A stretch of DNA of 64,000 bases from assembly GCF_902713615.1 (NCBI RefSeq), contig NC_052158.1, positions 39,361,729 through 39,425,728 of the forward strand, written 5' to 3'. The position numbers and the translations under genes were made by a program. Positions within the stretch are counted from its first letter, which is position 1, and every line of letters begins with the position of its first letter. Origin of the DNA: Scyliorhinus canicula (Eukaryota). The notes beneath the pieces are model-generated. The model was not told where the DNA came from. It did no database searches and worked only from the letters and a program-made list of their open reading frames with translations. Shown in pieces: positions 49,050 through 59,254 of the stretch.

Positions 49050-52000
49050 AAATTTCCTTTACGGGACGTGTCATGAAGAACGTCCTCACGATATTTGGCA
49101 TAACACAAAAATTCCGCATAGCATACCACCCCCAGTCGAGTGGTATCGTGGAGCGCATGAATCGGACTCTAAAAGCTACCCTCAGAAAAATGGTCCAGGA
49201 GAATAACACGACTTGGGATTCAATCCTCCCATTCGCTCTAATGTTTTTGAGAAACACTGTTTCGACTTCTACAGGTTTCACCCCACACACACTCATGACC
49301 GGACACCCCATGAAAGGTACAGAATTCCTTTTAGGACTCGACTTGACCAGCCCCGAAGTGACGGCCCTCACCCACGAGACTGCAGTAAAACAATTGGTAG
49401 ACAATGTAAAATCAGCTCAGCAGCCGCGGTAAAATTAGGCACAAAAAGGAAACAGAGCAAGACCTGTTTCGAAAGGACAGTACATGCGATTGAGTTTCAG
49501 GTAGGACAACAGGTCATGCTGTCTGTCTACAGCCCCAGCACATTTCTGTCGCCAAAGTATTCGAGTCCGTATTCCATTGCGGACAAAGTTAGCCCCTCAG
49601 TATACAAGATCAAGTACCCCAACGAGAAGACGGCGTGGTTTCATATTAACTAGCTCAAGGCATATGGCTCGCAGTCTAACCACGCACACCACGTCATGCT
49701 TGACGCAGCACACCCCGCCCCACCCACAAGAGACGTATTTCCACCCTCCCCCTGCCAGACCAGCACCTCCATGGACTCGACCTCGACTCCGCCCCTTGAC
49801 TTTAGACTGCGCCCCGGAACGCCCACCAGCAGCAGAGACAGCGACTGTGACTCTGACGACAGCCACAGCACTCCTCACTACTGCCCTGCATAACAGACCC
49901 CACACACAGCGACTATGAACCTGACTCAAGTGATCCCTTTGAGATCACATACATTAAGGCCCCAGACCCAGAACCACCGCCCCACAATGAAGACCCTGAC
50001 TTTGAATACTCGGACTTAGACAAAACTGTTTGGCACCGCGACAATTCGTTCAGGCTCGCCCGGAATGACGAGATGGGCCCAAGGTCACACCATGCAGCCT
50101 TAGCAGCCATTATTCATTCGCGAGTATGGCATCTGGGAGAAGAGGATGACAATGAGTCTGACTCCCAAAACCAGAACCCCTTTGCGACCCTGTTCGCAGA
50201 TGACAATTGAGGTGTCCATCTGATGTAAAAAGAGGAACCGCTTGAGAGAGAAACGGAGTCCTTTCTGATGGAACCTGCACGTTTTGTGTTGCACGTTTGT
50301 TTGTTTGTGTTTGTATGTTTCTTTCCCAGGTACAACAGCTCGGCGGCCACACGCCCTATTTGTCCACCGATACCTCTGACAACTTGCCGGCTTGCTGGTC
50401 AGCTGATACCACTGAGAGCTTGCCCAACCCCCACTCACAACTGCTCTTCTGATTTGAGGGTACTCTTATCAGCAGATACCTCTGGGAATTTGCCACAGCC
50501 ACTTTCATAACTGCTCTTCTGGTTCGAAGGTAGAACCATTACAGCAACCCCCCACGATGACTACATTCCTGCCCATTCTTGTCAGGTCACTCAGGCAGTG
50601 GAGTAACAGCACTGATCCCCGCCGTGTCTGAGGACCCCCCCTCTGGTCAGCTAAGCTCGGGTACAGCACAGCACGCCCTACCCGGGGATCCTATCCAAAT
50701 CTTACCCGTCGCGGCCCATACGCACCTCATTTTGGCACTCTTGGTTTTAAAAGTTTGCTTTTGTTTTGTTTGTTTTCAGGTAACACTTTGGTTGCCACCT
50801 CCCCATGCTATTTACATCCAGGAACATTTGGATGGTAGATCGCAAAGCCTGAGAGATGGCTCGCAGTGGTACAGTATTTAAGACTATGTCTGGGCCTTAA
50901 ATTCGTTTTTGAAAAAAAAAGTGAGGGAGTCACAGAGAGTGACCAATTATAAAGGGAAACGTGGCACAAAAGGACAGACATGCTGCAGACAGACAGATAT
51001 TAAACAAGATGCTAACAGGCACGATGCTTGATCCCACAGATTTTCAGATGCTCCAAGGAGGGATCAAAGGAAGAAAACAGAAGAGAAGAGAAAAGAACAG
51101 AAGAGAAGAGAAAGATGAAGAAGACATCTTGTACCTTTGTCATATGGATCATAGGATCCATGTGGTTGCACGCGGACGCAAACCCCCTTACCCCCACTCC
51201 ACCAGCCGTTAATGTTTCACTTCCACTGAACACACAGAGCCAGTAACAAGTAGCAACACGCCGACCTGGTGTGACAAGTTCATCACCTGGTATTCCCTTT
51301 TTATTGTGGTGGAATCACTGTTAGCATTGGCAATAATCTGCAGCATCGTGCAGACTCTTCGTATGAAGAAATGGTGAAGGAGAGCCTACCGCTCCCTCAC
51401 CCCAGTTTACAGGATGAGATCCCCTATTTTCGGTTTCCACCAGGCCCCTGAACCCCTCGAAATGTAATAAAGAATTTTTTGTTTGTCGTTCATTTGTAAA
51501 TAAAGAAATGTGTTTTCTGAAAGATTGTATAACTCTGAGTTTGACTGCCAAGCCAGAGAAATGAAATCTGAATGCTGCTATTGTTTTGTAATGTTAGGAA
51601 GTTAGTATGCTTGGTTGTTTTGAGTGAGTGTAGTTATTGAGGACAGTTAGAGGTTCCAGTTTGTTATTTTGTACTGCATGTCCCCTTATGACATAACGCC
51701 ACTTAGAAACTGTTAGGTAAACTTTTCTTGCATAGTTGAGGACAGGGTAGAGGGCCATGGAACTCGCTGAGGTCAGGTAATGAAGACAACATAGTTGTGT
51801 GATCCTTCACGCTTCGTGTTAGGATCACAAGGAGGGGGTGTAGCCACCTGAGTTGGCCACTTCCCAAGTTAAAATGGAGAAACACAAGGAACGCAGGGAC
51901 AATTGGACAATCCCAGAGAAACAAACAGTTTGCAGACTTTTCCTGTGTATTCTGCCTGCAAAGAAAGCAGACAGCACCGAAACCAGCGGCCATGCATATT

Positions 52001-52255
52001 AATGAGCGATTCCCGGGCACAATAGTAACAATCAAAGGTGATCGAAGTAAAGCTAGACTCCTCGGCGCCAGCAGGAGTCCAAGACAAAAGAAGCAAACGG
52101 GCACCCAAAGACCGCCCAGCGATCGGGAAACAGTCCCAGTATTTGGGAATTCAAACCAATCGATTGGCATGGTTGTAAGCTCATACCAAGTAAGCTCGGG
52201 GTCCGCCCAAAAGAATGCAAAGCCTCTGGGACTATAAGATAGAGCCCCCAAGGTC
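49050..52255 (+). mobile_element. 3' part of a retrovirus-like/LTR element: integrase, accessory region, PPT, 3' LTR
   Basis: AYHPQSSGIVERMNRTLK integrase core, PKYSSPY GPY/F-like module; PPT AAGGAGGGGG 51829-51838 followed by TGTAGCC; TATAA-like at ~52232; right end interrupted by a MITE. Confidence 0.8.
51115..51467 (+). pseudogene. Small single-pass membrane glycoprotein ORF (~117 aa after repairing one -1 frameshift and one TGA)
   Basis: Signal-like MKKTSCTFVIWIIGSMWLHADA; P/T/S-rich ectodomain with NVS; TM LFIVVESLLALAIICSIVQTL; basic tail RMKKW*RRAY. Confidence 0.6.
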
Positions 52256-52732
52256 AGTTCGCGTGAGATGCCCGAGATGCCCGTTTTGGGGCTTGTAGGG
52301 GGCCTGGTGGGGAATGAGGACCACGGCCGTGCTCGGGAGGGGTCAGGCCCATGATTGATGCCCACCGATCGTCGGGCCGGTGTCTCAATCGGACGCAGTA
52401 TTTCCCCTCCGCCGCTCCACAAGGTCAAGCCGCCATGTCTTGCGGGGCGGCTGAGGAGAAAGACGGCCACCACGCATGCGCGGGTTTGAGCTGTCAGCCG
52501 TCGTGACGTCAGCCGCGCATGCGCCGGTTGGAGCCGGCCAACCTGAGCATGCGCGGCTGATGTCACATAGGCGCCGCCGTCGCGTCACTCTTGCCGCGCC
52601 GCCTGGCGGCCGAGAGTTACGGAGCGCTGTTCCTAGCCCCGCCGGGATGGGAAAATAGGGGGCGAGGAGCGGTCTCCGAAGCCGTCGTGAAACTCGGCCC
52701 ACGATTTTTCCCAGGAGCGGAGAATTCCGCCC
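52255..52732. mobile_element. MITE-like element, one end missing
   Basis: Ends GGAGAATTCCGCCC; internal homology with 52768-53363. Confidence 0.7.
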
Positions 52733-52767
52733 TCAGTCTCTGTGACCTACTTCCTCATCAAGACACT

Positions 52768-53363
52768 GGGCGCGATTCTCCCACCCACCCCCCAAAATGG
52801 CATTCGCGACCGGTTCACGCCGGCATCCACCACACCTGGTCGCTGCCGGCGTGAACATGGCGCCAGCAGCTGTTTTGGGGCTTGTGGGGGGGCGGAGAGG
52901 CGAGTGAGCACCACGGCCGTGCTCGGGAGGGGACTGGTCCGCGATCGGTGCCCACCGATCGTCGGGCCGGCGCCTCAAAGGGACGCACTCTTTCCCCTCC
53001 GCCGCCCCGCAAGATCAAGCCGCCACATCTTGCGGGGCAGCGGAGGGGAAGCCGGCAACCGCGCACGCGCGGGTTTGAGATTACAGCTGCCGTGACGTCA
53101 GCTGCACATGCGCGGGTTGGAGCCGGCCAACCTGCGCATGCGCGGCTGACGTAATTTGGCACGCCGGCCGCGTCATTCAGTGCGCTGGGCATTGACGCCA
53201 GCGATAAGGCCCCGCAGCCGAGATTCACGGCACGGACCTCCTATCCCCCGGGGTGGGGGGGGGGGGGGGGGGGGGGAGATAAGGGACAAGGAGCGGCCTC
53301 CGACACTGTCGTGAACCTCTCCGGATTTCACAACGGCATCAGGCCTTGCGGAGAATTCTGCCC
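52768..53363. mobile_element. MITE with imperfect 14-bp TIRs and 3-bp TSD (ACT), PIF/Harbinger-like
   Basis: GGGCGCGATTCTCC ... GGAGAATTCTGCCC; ACT on both sides; empty site in the paralogous sequence at ~31645-31655. Confidence 0.82.
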
Positions 53364-54496
53364 ACTAACTTTGAGGTTCTCTGCACTTCTCATTACTGAG
53401 AAGCTGGTCACACTTCACCCTCACCTCATTGGGAAATGTGTTGGAGTTTGATTCACTAAAGTTATGAGGCATCTTCCTCTCCTCTGTCTCTCGCTGTCAT
53501 CTTCTTTACTGTAAACAAGTGAATCAATGCTGATGGGAAGCAGTGAATGATGCTGACATTTGGGATGAACTCAGCCAGTTCACATTGAATTGAACCTCAA
53601 CAAGTTCCCATTCCAAGGGTCACAAGCTGCTGAGTGAATGAATTACACCTTTCTTGTGAAATCAGGAAAGAAGAATTCAGACAATCAAACACTGATAATT
53701 ATTTATTGACAAGAAACCAAAATTGTCGTGAAACATTGAGGATCTAAATAATATTGACTTTGTCACATATATATTTTAGTTCCAAAATTTACAATGATAC
53801 ATTATTAAACACTGTAAATATAACATCACATCAGACCATCAGACACAGGAGCAGAATTAGGCCATTTGGCCCATCGCTTCTGCTCTGCCATTCGATCATG
53901 GCTGATATGTTTCTCGTCCCCATTATCCTGCCTTCTCCCCATAACTCCTGACCCTTATTAATCAAGGAATTGCCTCATTAATCATGAATGACAGATTTGT
54001 GCTTCAAGTGCAAAATAGACTGATTGCTCTCAATATATAATTTGACCATCTGAATTTCCTCACTATAATTACACAGTTCAGGTTAATCACTCGACCCAAA
54101 CAAGTTGTTGAGGATAAGTAAGTGCGAGGGCAAAATTATCCCTGAAGATCCCTTCGACTGTGAGAGGCGTCACATTGCTGATGCTGGATAGAAATGAGAA
54201 TTCAATAAGTCTTAATTGATGAATCACAGTCCCATCTGATTGATCCGGGATCCACTGTTCAATCTGTGGAAACACATTCCCAGGAAATATGGATTTCAAT
54301 CATCAAAGAACTGAGATAAACAATGAGCTGTAATTCTGTGTGTCGCTGTGATATGGAAGGATGGACAATGATGTCCAGGTTCACACGAGAATAGGCCAAT
54401 CCCGTTATTCATCAATGAGGCTCCGGGAATGTCCTGCAGTGGAGCCCAGTAAACCCACGAGGTAAGGAATGGAGAGAAACAAGACAATCGGTTCAG

Positions 54497-55572
54497 GGTC
54501 AGGAGGGAGTGAAATTAGTCTGACAGGTTTAACAGTGTCTGGGAGGGTGAGACAGGGTCAGGAGGGAGTGAAATTAGTCTGACAGGTTTAACAGTGTCTG
54601 GGAGAGTGAGACAGGGTCAGGAGGGAGTGAAATTAGTCTGACAGGTTTAACAGTGTCTGGGAGGGTGAGACAGGGTCAGGAGGGAGTGAAATTAGTCTGA
54701 CAGGTTTAACAGTGTCTGGGAGGGTGAGACAGGGTCAGGAGGGAGTGAAATTAGTCTGACAGGTTTAACAGTGTCTGGGAGGGTGAGACAGGGTCAGGAG
54801 GGAGTGAAATTAGTCTGACAGGTTTAACAGTGTCTGGGAGAGTGAGACAGGGTCAGGAGGGAGTGAAATTAGTCTGACAGGTTTAACAGTGTCTGGGAGA
54901 GTGAGACAGGGTCAGGAGGGAGTGAAATTAGTCTGACAGGTTTAACAGTGTCTGGGAGGGTGAGACAGGGTCAGGAGGGAGTGAAATTAGTCTGACAGGT
55001 TTAACAGTGTCTGGGAGGGTGAGACAGGGTCAGGAGGGAGTGAAATTAGTCTGACAGGTTTAACAGTGTCTGGGAGGGTGAGACAGGGTCAGGAGGGAGT
55101 GAAATTAGTCTGACAGGTTTAACAGTGTCTGGGAGGGTGAGACAGGGTCAGGAGGGAGTGAAATTAGTCTGACAGGTTTAACAGTGTCTGGGAGGGTGAG
55201 ACAGGGTCAGGAGGGAGTGAAATTAGTCTGACAGGTTTAACAGTGTCTGGGAGAGTGAGACAGGGTCAGGAGGGAGTGAAATTAGTCTGACAGGTTTAAC
55301 AGTGTCTGGGAGAGTGAGACAGGGTCAGGAGGGAGTGAAATTAGTCTGACAGGTTTAACAGTGTCTGGGAGAGTGAGACAGGGTCAGGAGGGAGTGAAAT
55401 TAGTCTGACAGGTTTAACAGTGTCTGGGAGAGTGAGACAGGGCCAGGAGGGGAGTGAAATTAGTCTGACAGGTTTTAACTGTCTGGGAGGGTGAGGCAGG
55501 GTCAGGAGGGAGTGAAATTAGTCTGACAGGTTTAACAGTGTCTGGGAGAGTGAGACAGGGTCAGGAGGGAGT
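54497..55572 (-). repeat. 59-bp minisatellite (~18 units), reverse complement of 29640-30660
   Basis: Direct periodicity. Confidence 0.96.
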
Positions 55573-55612
55573 GATGTCAATGGGGAGATGAATTAAAATT
55601 TCACTTACTGAA

Positions 55613-55644
55613 TCAAGAAGCTTCCGGAACAGGGACATCAGAAG
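55613..55644 (-). CDS. Last coding exon of a third class I paralogue (SDVPVPEAS*)
   Basis: Minus-strand ttctcag acceptor; post-stop gtaagt donor at 55608; coding-identical to 29569-29600. Confidence 0.8.
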
Positions 55645-55789
55645 CTGAGAAAATAGTAACAAAAATGGAATAAAATGTAAAATCAAGGAAATTAGATTTT
55701 CTATCCTGGACCCAGGATTCCATCAGTATAAACTATTAAACGGACTCACACATGGTAAATATGAACAGAGACAGAGTGAAGGGGGAGCG

Positions 55790-58497
55790 AGTGCACTGTG
55801 AGGGAGTGGAGGGTGAGCGAATGGAGTGTGAGGGAGTGGAGGGTGGGAGAGTGCACTGTGAGGGAGTGGAGGGTGGGAGAGTGCACTGTGAGGGAGTGGA
55901 GGGTGGGAGAGTGCACAATGAGGGAGTGGAGGGTGGGAGAGTGCACTGTGAGAGAGTGGAGGGTGAGAGAGTGCACTGTGAGAGAGTGGAGGGTGAGAGA
56001 GTGCAGTGTGACGAAGTGGAGGGTGAGAGAGTGCACTGTGAGGGAGTGGAGGGTGGGAGAGTGCAGTGTGAGGAAGTGGAGGGTGAGAGAGTGCACTGTG
56101 AGGGAGTGGAGGGTGGGAGAGTGCACTGTGAGGGAGTGGAGGGTGGGAGAGTGCAGTGTGAGGGAGTGGAGGGTGAGAGAGTGCACTGTGAAGGAGTGGA
56201 GGTGAGAGAGTGCAGTGTGAGGGAGTGGAGGGTGAGAGAGTGCAGTGTGAGGGAGTGGAGGGTGAGAGAGTGCAGTGTGAGGGAGTGGAGGGTGAGAGAG
56301 TGCACTGTGAAGGAGTGGAGGTGAGAGAGTGCACTGTGAGGGAGTGGAGGGTGAAAGAGTGAGGAAGTGCACTGAGGGTGGAGGGTGAGAGAGTGCACTG
56401 TGAGGGAGTGGAGGGTGTGAGAGTGCAGTGTGAGGGAGTGGAGAGTGAAAGAGTGAGAGAGTGCACTGAGGGTGGAGGGTGAGAGAGTGCACTGTGAGGG
56501 AGTGGAGCGTGGGAGAGTGCAGTGCGAGGGAGTGGAGGGTGAGTGAGTGAGGGAGTGGAGGTTGAGAGAGTGCAGTGTGAGGGAGTGGAGTGTGGGAGAG
56601 TGCTCTGTGAGGGTGGAGGATGGGAGAGTTCAGTGTGAGGGAGTGGAGGGTGAGTGAGTGAGGGAGTGCAGGGTGGGAGAGTGCAGTGCGAGGGACTGGA
56701 GGGTGAGAGAGTGCAGTGTGAGTGGAGGATGAGAGAGTGCAGTCTGAGTTAGTGGAGGGTGAGAGTGCAGTGTGAGGGAGTGGAGGGTGAGAGTACACTG
56801 TGAGGGAGTGGAGGGTGTGCGAGTGCAGTGTGAGGGAGTGGAGAGTGAGAGAGCGCAATGTGAGGGAGTGGAGGGTGCGAGCGCACTGTGAGGGAGTGGA
56901 TGTTGTGAGAGTGCAGTGTGAGAGAGTGGAGGGTGAGTGTGTGCACTGTGAGGGAGTGGAGGGTGAGCGAGTGCAGTGTGAGGGAGTGGAGGGTGAGCGA
57001 GTGCACTGTGCGGGAGTGGAGTGTGCGAGAGTGCACTGTGAGGGAGTGGAGGGTTAGAGAATGCAGAGTGAGGGAGTGGAGGGTGAGTGAGTGCAGTGTG
57101 AGGGAGTGGAGCGTGAGAGACTGCAGTGTGAGGGAGTGGAGGGTGAGCGAGTGCAGTGTGAGGGAGTGGAGGGTGCGAGGGTGCACTGTGAGGGAGTGGA
57201 GGGTGGGAGAGTGCACTGTGAGGGAGTGGAGCGTGAGAGAGTGCAGTGTGAGGGAGTGAAGGGTGGGAGAGTGCAGTGTGAGGGAGTGGAGGGTGAGCGA
57301 GTGCAGTGTGAGGGAGTGGAGTGTAAAGAGGGCACTGTGAGGGAGTGGAGGGTGAGCGAGTGCACTGTGAGGGAGTGGAAGGTGAGCGAGTGCACTGTGA
57401 GGGAGTGGAAGGTGAGAGAGTGCACTGTGAGGGAGTGGAGGGTGAGCGAGTGCACTGTGAGGGAGTGGAAGGTGAGCGAGTGCACTGTGAGGGAGTGGAA
57501 GGTGAGAGAGTGCACTGTGAGGGAGTGGAAGGTGAGAGAGTGCACTGTGAGGGAGTGGAGGGTGAGCGAGTGCAGTGTGAGGGTGTGGAGGGTGAGCGAG
57601 TGCAGTGTGAGGGAGTGGAGGGTGAGCGAGTGCAATGCGAGAGAGTGGAAGGTGAGTGAGTGCACTGTGAGGGAGTGGAGGGTGAGAGTGCGCAGTGTGA
57701 GGGAGTGGAGGGTGAGAGAGTGCAGTGTGAGGGAGTGGAGGGTGGGAGAGTGCAGTGAGGGAGTGGAGGGTGGTAGAGTGGAGGGTGAGGTAGAGTGGAG
57801 GGTGAGGGAGTGGAGGGTGAGGGAGTGGAGGGTGAGGGAGTGGGAGGGTGAGGGGAGTGGAGGGTGAGGGAGTGGAGGGTGAGGGAGTGGAGGGTGAGGG
57901 AGTGGAGGGTGAGGGAGTGGAGGGTGAGGGAGTGGAGGGTGAGGGAGTGGAGGGTGAGGGAGTGGAGGGTGAGGGAGTGGAGGGTGAGGGAGTGGAGGGT
58001 GAGGGAGTGGAGGGTGAGGGAGTGGAGGGTGAGGGAGTGGAGGGTGAGGGAGTGGAGGGTGAGGGAGTGGAGGGTGAGGGAGTGGAGGGTGAGGGAGTGG
58101 AGGGTGAGAGAGTGCAGTGTGAGGGAGTGGAGGGTGGGAGAGTGAGAGAGCGCACTGTGAGGGAGTGGAGGGTGAGAGAGTGCACTGTGAGGGAGTGGAG
58201 GGTGGGAGAGTCAGAGAGTGCACTGTGAGGGAGTGGAGGGTGACAGAGTGCAGTGTGAGGGAGTGGAGGGTGAGCGAGGGCAGTGTGAGGGAGTGGAGGA
58301 TGAGTGAGTGCAGTGTGAGGGAGTGGAGGGTGAGAGAGTGCAGTGTGAGGGAGTGGAGGGTGGGTGAGTGCACTGTAAGGGTGGAGGGTGAGAGAGTGCA
58401 CTCTGAGGGAGTGGAGGGTGAGAGAGTGCAGTGTGAGGGAGTGGAGGGTGAGCGAGTGCAATGCGAGGGACTGGAGGGTGGGAGAGTGCAGTGTGAG
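55790..58497 (-). repeat. 15/30-bp satellite, reverse complement of the gene 1 intronic satellite
   Basis: GAGGGAGTGGAGGGTGAGAGAGTGCACTGT units up to the gap. Confidence 0.95.
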
Positions 58498-58997
58498 NNN
58501 NNNNNNNNNNNNNNNNNNNNNNNNNNNNNNNNNNNNNNNNNNNNNNNNNNNNNNNNNNNNNNNNNNNNNNNNNNNNNNNNNNNNNNNNNNNNNNNNNNNN
58601 NNNNNNNNNNNNNNNNNNNNNNNNNNNNNNNNNNNNNNNNNNNNNNNNNNNNNNNNNNNNNNNNNNNNNNNNNNNNNNNNNNNNNNNNNNNNNNNNNNNN
58701 NNNNNNNNNNNNNNNNNNNNNNNNNNNNNNNNNNNNNNNNNNNNNNNNNNNNNNNNNNNNNNNNNNNNNNNNNNNNNNNNNNNNNNNNNNNNNNNNNNNN
58801 NNNNNNNNNNNNNNNNNNNNNNNNNNNNNNNNNNNNNNNNNNNNNNNNNNNNNNNNNNNNNNNNNNNNNNNNNNNNNNNNNNNNNNNNNNNNNNNNNNNN
58901 NNNNNNNNNNNNNNNNNNNNNNNNNNNNNNNNNNNNNNNNNNNNNNNNNNNNNNNNNNNNNNNNNNNNNNNNNNNNNNNNNNNNNNNNNNNNNNNNN
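58498..58997. other. Assembly gap (500 N)
   Basis: Run of N. Confidence 1.
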
Positions 58998-59039
58998 GTC
59001 TGGGACACAATCCAGGGGTTAGTGTTAAACAGAAGATCT

Positions 59040-59240
59040 TTTTTTTCTTTTTTTTTTATAAATTTAGAGTACCCAATTAATCTTTTCCAATTAAGGGGCA
59101 ATTTAGCGTGTTCAATCCACCTACCTTGCACATCTTTGGGTTGTGGGGGCGAAACCCACGCAAACACGGGGAGAATGTGCAAACTCCACACGGACAGTGA
59201 CCCAGAGCCGGGATCGAACCTGGGACCTCAGCGCCGTGAG
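59040..59240 (-). mobile_element. 5'-truncated V-SINE-type SINE with poly(A) tail and 14-bp TSD
   Basis: TSD TAAACAGAAGATCT at 59026-59039 and 59241-59254; B box GGTTCGATCCC; T-run on + strand. Confidence 0.88.
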
Positions 59241-59254
59241 TAAACAGAAGATCT

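Larger units (their letters stand above)
52733..55790 (-). repeat. Inverted paralogue of the gene 1 3' region (~29440-31680): flank, 3' UTR, 59-mer array, last exon
   Basis: Colinear reverse-complement homology with substitutions and indels. Confidence 0.93.
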
